A stretch of 64,000 bases of DNA, from positions 21,044 to 85,043 of the forward strand of contig NZ_JBGAGA010000021.1 of the NCBI RefSeq assembly GCF_044226965.1, in the 5' to 3' direction. Shown here piece by piece: positions 39,618-48,328 of the stretch. Position 1 is the first letter of the stretch. Each line of letters begins with the position of its first letter. This DNA is from Aquabacterium sp. GTDB taxonomy: Bacteria; Pseudomonadota; Gammaproteobacteria; Burkholderiales; Burkholderiaceae_C. The position numbers were made by a program, and so were the translations under genes. The notes beneath the pieces were generated by a model. That model saw only the letters and a program-made list of their open reading frames with translations. It was not told the DNA's origin and ran no database searches.

Positions 39618-41414
39618 ATGAGCCATCGCGGGCTGCGGCGACGCGACTGGCTGGCCGGCAGCCTGGGCCTGGCCGCGGCCACCGGTGCCGCCGCCAGCCG
39701 CGAGGGTCCCAAGACGCTGCGCCTGGCGCTGCCCGCCACCGAGACGCAGCTCGACCCCGCGCAAAGCGAGAGCAGCTACTACACCTACCAGGTCATCGCC
39801 AGCATCTTCGAATCGCCGCTGGGCTACGACTACCTGGCGCGCCCGCCACGGCTGGTGCCGCTGACGGCCGAGGCGCTGCCCGAGATCCCGGCCGACTACC
39901 GCCAGATCACGCTGCGCATCCGGCCCGGCATCTTCTTCGCCGACGACCCGGCGTTCCAGGGCCGCCCGCGCGAGCTGACCGCGGCCGACTACGTCTACAG
40001 CCTCAAGCGCTTCTACGACCCGCGCTGGAATTCGGCCGACCTGTACATCTTCGAAGGCGCGAAGCTGCTGGGCCTGAGCGAGCTGCGCCAGCAGGCGCTG
40101 AAGAGCGGCAAGCCCTTCGACTACGACACCGAGGTCGAAGGCCTGAAGGCGCTGGACCGCTACACGCTGCGCATCCGCCTGGCCGACCCCGACCCCCGCT
40201 TCGTCTACCAGCTGGCGCTGCCCTACCTGAGCGGCGCGGTGGCGCGCGAAGTCGCCGAGCGCTACGGCCCCGACATCGGCACGCATCCAGTGGGTACCGG
40301 CGCCTACCGGCTCGCCAGCTGGCGCCGCGGCTCGCTGATCGTGCTGGAGCGCTCGCCCGGCTTCCGCGGCGAGGTCTACAGCGGCCAGCCGGCCGAGACG
40401 CCGCTGGCCCAGTCGATAGCGCATGAATTGAGCGGCCAGCGCCTGCCGCTGATCGACCGCATCGAGTTCAGCATCATCGAGGAGCCGCAGCCGTACTGGC
40501 TGTCCTTCGTCAACGGCCGGCTGGACATGATCGAGGCGCGCGGCAGCTACGGCCAGCTGGCGGTGCCCAACGGCCATCTCGCGCCCTTCCTGCGCAAGCA
40601 GGGCGTGCAGCTGGCGCTCGAACCGCAGGCCGACATGCAGATGACCTACTTCAACTGCGAGGACCCGGTCGTCGGCGGCAACACGCCCGAGAAGGTGGCG
40701 CTGCGCCGGGCCATCGCGCTGGCGCACGACGGCGCGCTGTGGCGGCGCATCGTGCGCGGCGGGCTGGCGGTGCCGGCGCAGTCGCCGATCGCGCCCTACA
40801 CCTACGGCTACGAGCCCGACTACCGCAGCGAGATGAGCGAATACGACCCGGCCAAGGCGCGCGCGCTGCTGGACCTGTACGGCTATGTCGACCGCGACGG
40901 CGACGGCTGGCGCGAGGCGCCCGACGGCCGGCCGCTGACCTTGCGCATCGCCTCGCTGGCCGACCAGCTGGGCCGCGACGGCAACGAGGTCTGGTACCGC
41001 AGCCTGCGCGCCGTCGGCCTGCGCGTGGTGTTCGAGCCCGCCGGCTGGGGCGAGCTGCTGCGCCGCTCGCGCGCCGGCAGCCTGATGATGTGGGGCTACG
41101 CCTGGAGCGCCGCCACGCCCGACGGCGCCTTCTTCCTCGGCATTGCCTACGGGCCGAACGCCAGCGAATCGAACGACGCGCGCTTCCGGCTGCCGGCCTT
41201 CGACAAGCTGTACGAACGCCAGCGCGTGCTGCCCGACGGCCCCGAGCGCGCCGCGCTGATGCGCGAGGCCAAGAATCTGATGGTGGCCTACATGCCGTAC
41301 AAAGTGCACGGCCATCGCATCCAGGCCGACCTGCTGCAGCCCTGGCTGCGCCACTACTGGCGGCATCCGTTCATGCGCGACATCTGGCGGTATCTGGACC
41401 TGGCGTCGCACTGA
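39618..41414 (+). CDS. ABC transporter substrate-binding protein, family 5 (paralog 5, clade A)
   Basis: Track ORF 39117..41414 trimmed to ATG at 39618 (MSHRGLRRRDWLAGSLGLAAATGAAAS, Tat-like). An alternative in-frame ATG at 39546 overlaps the stop of paralog 4 (ATGA). It shares RELTAADYVYSLKRFYDPRW and KPFDYDTEVEGLKALDRYTL with paralog 1. Confidence 0.85.
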   Translation: MSHRGLRRRDWLAGSLGLAAATGAAASREGPKTLRLALPATETQLDPAQSESSYYTYQVIASIFESPLGYDYLARPPRLVPLTAEALPEIPADYRQITLRIRPGIFFADDPAFQGRPRELTAADYVYSLKRFYDPRWNSADLYIFEGAKLLGLSELRQQALKSGKPFDYDTEVEGLKALDRYTLRIRLADPDPRFVYQLALPYLSGAVAREVAERYGPDIGTHPVGTGAYRLASWRRGSLIVLERSPGFRGEVYSGQPAETPLAQSIAHELSGQRLPLIDRIEFSIIEEPQPYWLSFVNGRLDMIEARGSYGQLAVPNGHLAPFLRKQGVQLALEPQADMQMTYFNCEDPVVGGNTPEKVALRRAIALAHDGALWRRIVRGGLAVPAQSPIAPYTYGYEPDYRSEMSEYDPAKARALLDLYGYVDRDGDGWREAPDGRPLTLRIASLADQLGRDGNEVWYRSLRAVGLRVVFEPAGWGELLRRSRAGSLMMWGYAWSAATPDGAFFLGIAYGPNASESNDARFRLPAFDKLYERQRVLPDGPERAALMREAKNLMVAYMPYKVHGHRIQADLLQPWLRHYWRHPFMRDIWRYLDLASH

Positions 41415-41445
41415 GGTTTTTCGGGCTGCGGCACACTCGCTCGCC

Positions 41446-42354
41446 ATGCATTCGCCACCCCTGCTGCTGCTGCCGCCCGACCCTTCGCTGATCCCGGCCT
41501 ACCGCGCCGCGCTGCTGGCGGCCGACCCGTCGCTGGACGTGACCGGCTACAGCCGCGAGCTGGATGACGCGCAGCTCGCGCGCATCGAGGTCGTGCTCGG
41601 CTGGCGCCTGCCGCCGGGGCTGGCGCCGCGCCTGCCGCGGCTGCGCTGGGTGTGCTCGATCGCCGCCGGCGTCGAGAAGCTCCTGGTGCCCGAGCTGCCG
41701 CCGCAGGTGCCGGTGTCGCGCATCGTCGACCCCGACCAGGCGCTGGGCATGGCGCAGCATGTGGCGCTGATGGTGCTGCGCCATGCCCGCGCGCTGCCGC
41801 TGTACGAGCAGCAGCAGCAGGTGCGCAGCTGGGCGCGCCACCCGAAGGCCGCGGCGCGGCACCGCGTCGCGATCCTCGGCTTCGGCGAGGTCGGCCGCGC
41901 CATCGCCGAGCCGCTGCGCGCGCTGGGCTTCGCGGTCGAGGGCTGGCGGCGCGACAGCGGCCCGCTGCACGCGCTGCTGGCGCGCAGCGACATCGTCGTC
42001 AACACGCTGCCGCTGACGCCGGCCACGCAGGGCCTGCTCGACGCCGGCTGCTGGGCCGCGATGCCGCGCGGCGGCTACTTCATCAACGTGGCGCGCGGCG
42101 GCCATGTCGACGAGGCCGCGCTGATCGCCGCGGTGCAGTCGGGCCAGCTGGCCGGCGCCGCGCTCGACGTGCAGCAGACCGAGCCGCTGCCGCCGGACGA
42201 CCCGCTGTGGGCCGTGCCCGGCATCCTGATCACGCCGCACATCGCCGCGCAATCCTCGCTGGAGACCGTGGCCGCGCAGTTCGTCGCCGGGCTGCGCTGC
42301 CTGCAGCGCGGCGAGCCGCTGCCCCATCCGGTGGACCGCACGCGCGGCTACTGA
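41446..42354 (+). CDS. D-isomer-specific 2-hydroxyacid dehydrogenase family (GhrA-like)
   Basis: NAD-binding motif VAILGFGEVGRAIA, then YFINVARGGHVDEAAL, then ITPHIAA. It starts 31 nt after paralog 5. Confidence 0.85.
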   Translation: MHSPPLLLLPPDPSLIPAYRAALLAADPSLDVTGYSRELDDAQLARIEVVLGWRLPPGLAPRLPRLRWVCSIAAGVEKLLVPELPPQVPVSRIVDPDQALGMAQHVALMVLRHARALPLYEQQQQVRSWARHPKAAARHRVAILGFGEVGRAIAEPLRALGFAVEGWRRDSGPLHALLARSDIVVNTLPLTPATQGLLDAGCWAAMPRGGYFINVARGGHVDEAALIAAVQSGQLAGAALDVQQTEPLPPDDPLWAVPGILITPHIAAQSSLETVAAQFVAGLRCLQRGEPLPHPVDRTRGY

Positions 42355-42382
42355 CCCCTTCACGCCACCAGGACCATCGCCC

Positions 42383-43582
42383 ATGCCCCGCATTCCCGGC
42401 CGCCGCCTGCTGCATTCCCCCGGTCCGACGCCGGTGCCCGACGAGGTGCTGCACGCGATGCTGCGCCAGCCCACCGACCTGGGCGACCCCGCCGTCGCGC
42501 AGCTGATCGACGACTGCGAGCGCGGCCTGCAGCGCCTGCTGCAGACGACGACGGCCGACGTCTTCCTCTACGCCGCCAACGGCCACGGCGGCTGGGAGGC
42601 GGTGATCGCCAACCTGGTGGGCCCCGGCACCGTGGTGCTGATCCCGGGCACCGGGCATTTCTCCGACAGCTGGGCCGAGCAGGTGCGCGCGTTCGGCGGC
42701 GAGGCCTTGCGCACGCCCTGGCGCGAGGGGTTGCCGATCGACCCGGCCGAGGTCGAGGCGCTGCTGCGGGCCGACCGCGCGCAGCGCATCAGCGCCGTCT
42801 TCACGGTACACACCGACACCGCCAGCAGCGTGACCAGCGACGTGCCGGCCATCGCCCGCGCCATCCAGGCCGCCGGCCATCCGGCGCTGCATGTGGTGGA
42901 CGTGGTGGCCTCGCTCGGCGCGGCGCCGTTCGCGATGGACGCGCTGGGCATCGACGTGGTGATGGGCGCTTCGCAGAAAGGCCTGATGGGCCAGCCCGGC
43001 CTGGCCTTCGTCGCGGCGAACGAACGCGCGCTGGCCGCGGCGCAGCGCAACCCGGCGCCGCGCTTCTACTGGGACTGGGCGCGCCGCCGCGGCGCGATGC
43101 CCTACCAGAAGTTCTGCGGCACCGCGCCGCTGGCGCACCTGGCGGGCTTGCGCGCGGCCATCGGCCTGATCGAGGCCGAGGGGCTGGACGCGGTGTGGGC
43201 ACGGCACCAGCGCCTGGCCGGCGCGGTGCAGGCCGCCGTCTCGGCCTGGGGCCAGGGCTTCGCGCTGTTCGCGCGTGAAGCTGCTGCGCGCTCGGTCTCG
43301 GTCACCGCCATCCAGACGCCGCCGGGCGTCGACCCCGAGGCCATCCGACGCGTCGCGCGCGAGCAGTTCCAGGTGGCGGTGGCCGGCGGCCTGGGGCCGC
43401 TGGCCGGCCGGGTGTTCCGCATCGGCCACCTGGGCGACCAGAACGAGGCGCAGATCCTCGGCTGCCTGGCCGGCGTGGAGGCGGCGATGCTGCAGCTGGG
43501 CCTGGCCTTCACCAGTGGCCTGCCGGCCGCGCAACAGGCACTGGTGGACGCAGTGCGTGCCGTGAACGCAACGCCGGCTTGA
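42383..43582 (+). CDS. class-V pyridoxal-phosphate aminotransferase (serine/alanine--glyoxylate aminotransferase-like)
   Basis: RLLHSPGPTPVPDEVLHAM... with a PLP-lysine context ASQKGLMGQPGLAFV. It starts 28 nt after the dehydrogenase gene. Confidence 0.85.
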   Translation: MPRIPGRRLLHSPGPTPVPDEVLHAMLRQPTDLGDPAVAQLIDDCERGLQRLLQTTTADVFLYAANGHGGWEAVIANLVGPGTVVLIPGTGHFSDSWAEQVRAFGGEALRTPWREGLPIDPAEVEALLRADRAQRISAVFTVHTDTASSVTSDVPAIARAIQAAGHPALHVVDVVASLGAAPFAMDALGIDVVMGASQKGLMGQPGLAFVAANERALAAAQRNPAPRFYWDWARRRGAMPYQKFCGTAPLAHLAGLRAAIGLIEAEGLDAVWARHQRLAGAVQAAVSAWGQGFALFAREAAARSVSVTAIQTPPGVDPEAIRRVAREQFQVAVAGGLGPLAGRVFRIGHLGDQNEAQILGCLAGVEAAMLQLGLAFTSGLPAAQQALVDAVRAVNATPA

Positions 43583-43599
43583 CAGGCGTCAAGCCGGCG
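43572..43599 (+). terminator. perfect 12-bp stem / 4-nt loop hairpin overlapping the aminotransferase stop codon
   Basis: CGCCGGCTTGAC-aggc-GTCAAGCCGGCG, read by hand. No U-tract follows, so it could be a rho-independent terminator or an RNA-stability element. Confidence 0.4.
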
Positions 43600-43681
43600 C
43601 ACGCTGCGGAAGACGCGGCGGCGCGCGGCGTGCGATCCGCCCACCCGCGGTGCGGCGGCGCGGGCTAGCCTCGATGTCGAG

Positions 43682-45598
43682 ATGGACACAAGCACCGCCG
43701 ACACCGAACCGATGGGCCTGGACCCGGTACCACGCCCCGCACAAGCCGCACAAGGCGCACTGCCGGCCTCGCTGCAGGAACTGCAGCAGGCGCTGAGCCG
43801 GCCCGAAGGCCCGCGGGCCCGCCACCTGGGCGAGGCGCTGATCGAGCGCGGCATCATCGATCCCGCCATCCTGCAGGCGGCCTTGGCCCGCCAGCGCCAG
43901 CTCACGCCGCACCGGCTGCTGGGTCAGCTGCTGGTCGACGGCGGCACGATCACGCCGCTGCAGCTCAACGGCGCGCTGGCCTCGTGGATGGGCGTGCCGC
44001 TGGTCGACCCGCGCCGCCTGGTGCCCGAGCCCGAGGCGCTGGCCCGCCTGCCGCGCGCACTGGCCGAGCGCGAACAGGTGCTGGCGCTGATGCAGCACGA
44101 GGACGCCCTCGTCGTTGCCATGAGCGACCCCTGGGACCAGGCGCTGCTGGAGCAGCTGCGCTTCGCGGCCGAGCAGCGCGTGCTGCCGGTGATGGCGCTG
44201 CCGGGTACCCTGCCCGCTGCGCTGTCCGCGGCCTACCGCGTGCCGGCCGGCGGGCATGACGGCGGCGATCCAACGGCCAGCGAGGTGGCGCTGCTGGCCC
44301 GTGCGCTGTCCGAAGAGGGCCAGGCCGATGTCGACATCGACCCGGCGGTGCTGAACCAGTCCGACAACCCGCTGGTGCGGCTGGTCAACGCGATGATCGC
44401 CGACGCGGTGCGGCTGCGCGCCAGCGACATCCACATCGAAAGCGGCGAAGGCCAGCCGGTGCGGGTGCGCCTGCGCATCGACGGCGAACTCGCGCCCTAC
44501 CTCGAGCTGCCACAGCGCCTGCGCTTCGCGCTGGTGGCGCGGTTGAAGATCATGGCCGACCTCGACATCGCCGAGCGCCGCAAGCCGCAGGACGGCAAGA
44601 TCGCGTTCGCCCGTTTCGGCGGCGCGCGGGTCGAGCTGCGCATGGTCACCGTGCCCACCTTGCACGGGCTCGAAGACGTGGTGCTGCGCATCCTCTCGGG
44701 CCTGAAGCCGATGCCGATCGAATCCATCGGCCTCTCGGCGCCGGTGCTCGCCGGCCTGCGCAGCGCGATGGACAAGCCCTACGGCCTGGTCCTGATCTGC
44801 GGCCCCACCGGCTGCGGCAAGACCACCACGCTGCACTCGGTGCTGCGCGAACTCAACACCGCCAAGCGCAAGATCTGGACCGCCGAAGATCCGGTGGAAA
44901 TCACCCAGGCCGGCCTGCGCCAGGTGCAGGTGAACCCGCGCATCGGCTGGACCTTCGCGGCGGCGATGCGCACCTTCCTGCGCGCCGATCCGGACGTGAT
45001 CATGATCGGCGAGATGCGCGATGCGGAGACGGCCCGCATCGCGGTGGAGGCCTCGCTCACCGGTCACCTGGTGCTGTCCACGCTGCACACCAACTCGGCG
45101 CCCGAGAGCATCACGCGGCTGCTGGAGATCGGACTGGACCCGTTCATGTTCTCCGATTCGCTGTTGGCCATCCTGGCGCAGCGCCTGGTGCGGCGGCTGT
45201 GCACCCGCTGCCGCGAGGCGCGGCCGCTGGACGATGGCGCGTTGCGTGCCCTGGCACAGCAGTACGCCGAGAGCAGCGGCGGGCGCGGCGCCACGATGGA
45301 CGCGCTGATCGAGCGCTGGCGCCGCCAGCATGGCGACGCACAGGGCCGGCTGCTGATGCACCACCGCCGCGGCTGCGAGGCCTGCGACCACACCGGCTAC
45401 CGCGGCCGGCTGGGCCTGCACGAGCTGATGGTGGCCAGCGACAGCACGCGCCACCTGGTGCGCCACCGCGCCGCGGCCGACGCGCTGCAGGCCGCCGCGC
45501 TCGATGCCGGCATGATCACGCTGCGGCAGGACGGCATCGAGAAGGTGCTGGCCGGCCTGACCGACATGGCCGAGGTGCTGACCGCGTCGAACGCCTAG
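43682..45598 (+). CDS. GspE/PilB/MshE-family secretion ATPase (orphan)
   Basis: Walker A is GPTGCGKTT. The Asp box/Walker B region reads DPDVIMIGEMRD and the His box GHLVLSTLHTN. The tetracysteine motif is CTRC...CEAC. A T2SSE_N-like region reads ALMQHEDALVVAMSDPWD, and there is an N-terminal MshEN-like double motif. Confidence 0.9.
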   Translation: MDTSTADTEPMGLDPVPRPAQAAQGALPASLQELQQALSRPEGPRARHLGEALIERGIIDPAILQAALARQRQLTPHRLLGQLLVDGGTITPLQLNGALASWMGVPLVDPRRLVPEPEALARLPRALAEREQVLALMQHEDALVVAMSDPWDQALLEQLRFAAEQRVLPVMALPGTLPAALSAAYRVPAGGHDGGDPTASEVALLARALSEEGQADVDIDPAVLNQSDNPLVRLVNAMIADAVRLRASDIHIESGEGQPVRVRLRIDGELAPYLELPQRLRFALVARLKIMADLDIAERRKPQDGKIAFARFGGARVELRMVTVPTLHGLEDVVLRILSGLKPMPIESIGLSAPVLAGLRSAMDKPYGLVLICGPTGCGKTTTLHSVLRELNTAKRKIWTAEDPVEITQAGLRQVQVNPRIGWTFAAAMRTFLRADPDVIMIGEMRDAETARIAVEASLTGHLVLSTLHTNSAPESITRLLEIGLDPFMFSDSLLAILAQRLVRRLCTRCREARPLDDGALRALAQQYAESSGGRGATMDALIERWRRQHGDAQGRLLMHHRRGCEACDHTGYRGRLGLHELMVASDSTRHLVRHRAAADALQAAALDAGMITLRQDGIEKVLAGLTDMAEVLTASNA

Positions 45599-45611
45599 GA
45601 GTGCTCGGCGC

Positions 45612-46535
45612 CTAACGCTCCAACAGCGCGGCCACGCCGTCGCCCACGTGCTGCATGAAGGCCCGCACGCGGGCCGTCTGGCGCAGGTCGGGGTGCGTCA
45701 GCATCCACACCGGCACCGAGAGTTCGGGGATCACGTCCGACACCGCCACCAGCTCCGGCAGCAGCGGCTCCATGAAGGTCGGCAGGATGCCCACGCCCAG
45801 GCCGGTGCGCAGCACCGCGGCCACGGCGTTGAAGATGTCCACGCGCAGCCGCACCTGGGCCTGCGCCAGCTGCTCGCGCATCCACTGGTCGTACACGCGC
45901 GACTGCGCGTCGCGCTCGAAGGTGACCCAGGGCGCCTCGCGGATCAGCGTGGCCAGCGGCTCCAGCGCCTGCGGCAGGCCCGCGGCGCCGCGCCGGGCGT
46001 ACACGCGGCAATGCGTCATGCCCAGCGGCCGGCCCACCAGGTGCTCGGCCACCTGCGAGGTCAGGCGCACCGCGACATCGGCCTCGCGGCCGGTCCAGGT
46101 GGCCGATTCGTCGGCGCGGCGGCGCGTCAGGTCGACCAGGAAGGCGTTCTCGACCACCTCGACCTCGATGCCGGGAAAGGCGCGCGCGAAATCGGCCAGC
46201 GGCTGCGGCAGCAGGTGCGTCATCACGACGAAGGCGGTGGTCACGCGCAGGGGCCCGGTGAGCTCGCGGTCGCGGCCGAGCACGCGGCGCTCGATCTCGT
46301 CGGCCTGGTCGGCCATGCGGCGCGCCTGCTCCAGCACCAGCGCGCCGGCTTCGGTGGGGCTGTAGCCGGTGCGCTGGCGCTCGAACAAGCGCGCACCCAG
46401 GCGCTGCTCCAGCGTGTCCAGCCGGCGCAGCACGGTGGTGTGGTTCACGCCCAGCTGGCGCGCGGCCGCCACCAGGCTGCCGGCGGTGCCGATGGCCAGG
46501 GCGTAGCGCAGGTCGCTCCAGTTCAACTCGTCCAT
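45612..46535 (-). CDS. LysR-family transcriptional regulator
   Basis: Track ORF 45612..46853 trimmed to ATG at 46535. It reads MDELNWSDLRYALAIGTAGSLVAAARQLGVNHTTVLRRLDTLEQRLGARLFER. Confidence 0.9.
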   Translation of the reverse strand: MDELNWSDLRYALAIGTAGSLVAAARQLGVNHTTVLRRLDTLEQRLGARLFERQRTGYSPTEAGALVLEQARRMADQADEIERRVLGRDRELTGPLRVTTAFVVMTHLLPQPLADFARAFPGIEVEVVENAFLVDLTRRRADESATWTGREADVAVRLTSQVAEHLVGRPLGMTHCRVYARRGAAGLPQALEPLATLIREAPWVTFERDAQSRVYDQWMREQLAQAQVRLRVDIFNAVAAVLRTGLGVGILPTFMEPLLPELVAVSDVIPELSVPVWMLTHPDLRQTARVRAFMQHVGDGVAALLER

Positions 46536-46655
46536 GGTCCGAGTATCCCGAAGGGGACTGCAGAAACGCAAGCTCGGACTGCAGATCATCGCGTTGCCTG
46601 CAGAAAACGCAGCCCCTACGATGGCCACCGGTCCGCCCGATTCTGGAGAACCCTG

Positions 46656-46871
46656 ATGGACATGCGCCTGCCCGCCGGTCTGCAAGCCGCCGACGCCTCC
46701 CAGGCCGCACTTGCCGACGCCCCGCCGCCGCTGCGCCTGCTGCAGCGCTGGCAGCCGGCCGCCGCGCTGCCGCCGCTGGAGCGGCGCACCGTGGCGGCCT
46801 TGCGCGCCGCGCCGCGCCACGACCTGCCGCGCTGGCGGCTGAAGCTGCAGCAACTGTTCGGCGCCGCCTGA
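46656..46871 (+). CDS. candidate small hypothetical protein (71 aa)
   Basis: ATG at 46656 is preceded by GGAGAA at 46645-46650. The translation is MDMRLPAGLQAADASQAALADAPPPLRLLQRWQPAAALPPLERRTVAALRAAPRHDLPRWRLKLQQLFGAA. The composition is Ala/Pro-rich and no family is recognised, so it could be non-coding. Confidence 0.3.
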   Translation: MDMRLPAGLQAADASQAALADAPPPLRLLQRWQPAAALPPLERRTVAALRAAPRHDLPRWRLKLQQLFGAA

Positions 46872-46931
46872 GAATCAGGCCCTCGCCGCGCCGCGGCGGA
46901 ATAACGCGGCCCGCTGCCGCGTAGGCTCCGG

Positions 46932-47468
46932 GTGGACGCTCCCGATTCGTTTCGTCAGCAGCTGCTGGCCGCCATCCCGCGCTTGCGGCGCTATGCCCGC
47001 TCGCTGGTGTTCGAGCCCGCGCCGGCCGACGACCTGGTGCAGGCCACGCTGGAGCGTGCGCTGTCGCACTGGCACCAGTTCGACCAGCGGCGCGACATGG
47101 TGCTGTGGCTGCTGTCGATCGCCCACAACGCCTTCCTCGACAGCCGCCGGCGCGACGCGCGGCTGCAGGTGCTGGACCCGCAGCAGATGCAGCTGCACCA
47201 GGACCTGCACGGCGCCGACCCCGGCGTGGATGTCGGCCTGCGGCTGGACCTGGCAGCCGCGCTGGCGCGGCTGTCGCCCGAACAGCGCGAGACGCTGCTG
47301 CTGGTCAGCGTCGAGCAGCTGAGCTATGCCGAGTGCGCCGAAGCGCTGGGCATCCCGATCGGCACCGTGATGTCGCGCGTCTCGCGCGCCCGGGCCGTGC
47401 TGCGCGAATGGCTGGAAGGCCGCGGCCGGACCGACCCCAAAGTGCGCCCGCTGCGACGGGTGGTATGA
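46932..47468 (+). CDS. ECF-type RNA polymerase sigma factor
   Basis: GTG start. Region 2 reads DDLVQATLERALSHWHQF...WLLSIAHNAFLD. Region 4 reads LSYAECAEALGIPIGTVMSRVSRARAVL. Confidence 0.9.
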   Translation: MDAPDSFRQQLLAAIPRLRRYARSLVFEPAPADDLVQATLERALSHWHQFDQRRDMVLWLLSIAHNAFLDSRRRDARLQVLDPQQMQLHQDLHGADPGVDVGLRLDLAAALARLSPEQRETLLLVSVEQLSYAECAEALGIPIGTVMSRVSRARAVLREWLEGRGRTDPKVRPLRRVV

Positions 47469-48328
47469 CGATGGACAGCTTCGTGCAACAACCCGATGAC
47501 ACCACGCTGTCGGCCTGGCTCGACGGCGAACTCGATGACGAGACCCGCGCCACGGTCGAGGCCTGGCTGCGCGAGCACCCGGACGACGCGGCCCGCGTGC
47601 GCCTGTGGGCCGCCGACCGGGAGGCGCTGCGCGCGCGCTTCGACCCGGTGCTGGCCGAGCCCGTGCCGGAGGCGCTGCAACGCACGGTGCGCGAAGGCGG
47701 CCGCAGCGGCGGGCAGGGCCCCGGCGCCTGGCGCGGCTGGCGGCTGGCGGCCGCGGCCGCCGGCCTGATGGTGGGCGGCGGCCTGCTCGGCGGCGCGCTG
47801 GTGTGGCAGCTCCAGCCCGCGCGCGAGCTGGCGGCCGCCCGCAGCAGCTGGACCCAGCGCGCCGCGGTGGCCCACGCGGTCTACGCCCCCGAGCTGCGCC
47901 ACCCGGTGGAAGTGAACGTGGCCGAAGGCCAGCCCGCGGAACAGCATGCGCAGGAAGAACACCTGGCGCGCTGGCTCACCAAGCGGCTGGACATGCCGGT
48001 GCGCCTTTTCGACCTGCGCGCGCAGGGCTTCACGCTGGTGGGCGGCCGGCTGCTGCCCGATGCGCAGGGCCCGAGCGCGCAGCTGATGTACCAGAACGCC
48101 GGCGGCCAGCGCGTCACCGTCTACCTGCGCCGGCCCGAGCCGGGCACCAACACCTCGTTCCGCTACCAGCGCGAGGGTGAACTCGGCATGTTCTACTGGG
48201 CCGAGGAAGGCTACGGCTGCGCACTGGTGGGCAAGCTGCCGCGCGAACGCCTGCTGGCGCTGGCCGAGGCCGCCTACCAACAGGTGGAACAGGACCTGCC
48301 CGGCCTGAAGCCGCGGCCGTCGTCTTAG
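47465..48328 (+). CDS. anti-sigma factor (single TM)
   Basis: Track ORF trimmed to ATG at 47465, which overlaps the sigma stop (ATGA). It reads LSAWLDGELDDETRATVEAWLREHPDDAARV, has a TM (WRLAAAAAGLMVGGGLLGGALVW) and a periplasmic C-terminus. Confidence 0.8.
   Translation: MTMDSFVQQPDDTTLSAWLDGELDDETRATVEAWLREHPDDAARVRLWAADREALRARFDPVLAEPVPEALQRTVREGGRSGGQGPGAWRGWRLAAAAAGLMVGGGLLGGALVWQLQPARELAAARSSWTQRAAVAHAVYAPELRHPVEVNVAEGQPAEQHAQEEHLARWLTKRLDMPVRLFDLRAQGFTLVGGRLLPDAQGPSAQLMYQNAGGQRVTVYLRRPEPGTNTSFRYQREGELGMFYWAEEGYGCALVGKLPRERLLALAEAAYQQVEQDLPGLKPRPSS

Noticed and set aside
32234-41414. Strong ~1.8-kb periodic self-similarity that could be mistaken for a repeat array or CRISPR-like structure.
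   Set aside because: The periodicity is fully explained by the five paralogous SBP genes. There are no short direct repeats with unique spacers and no cas genes.
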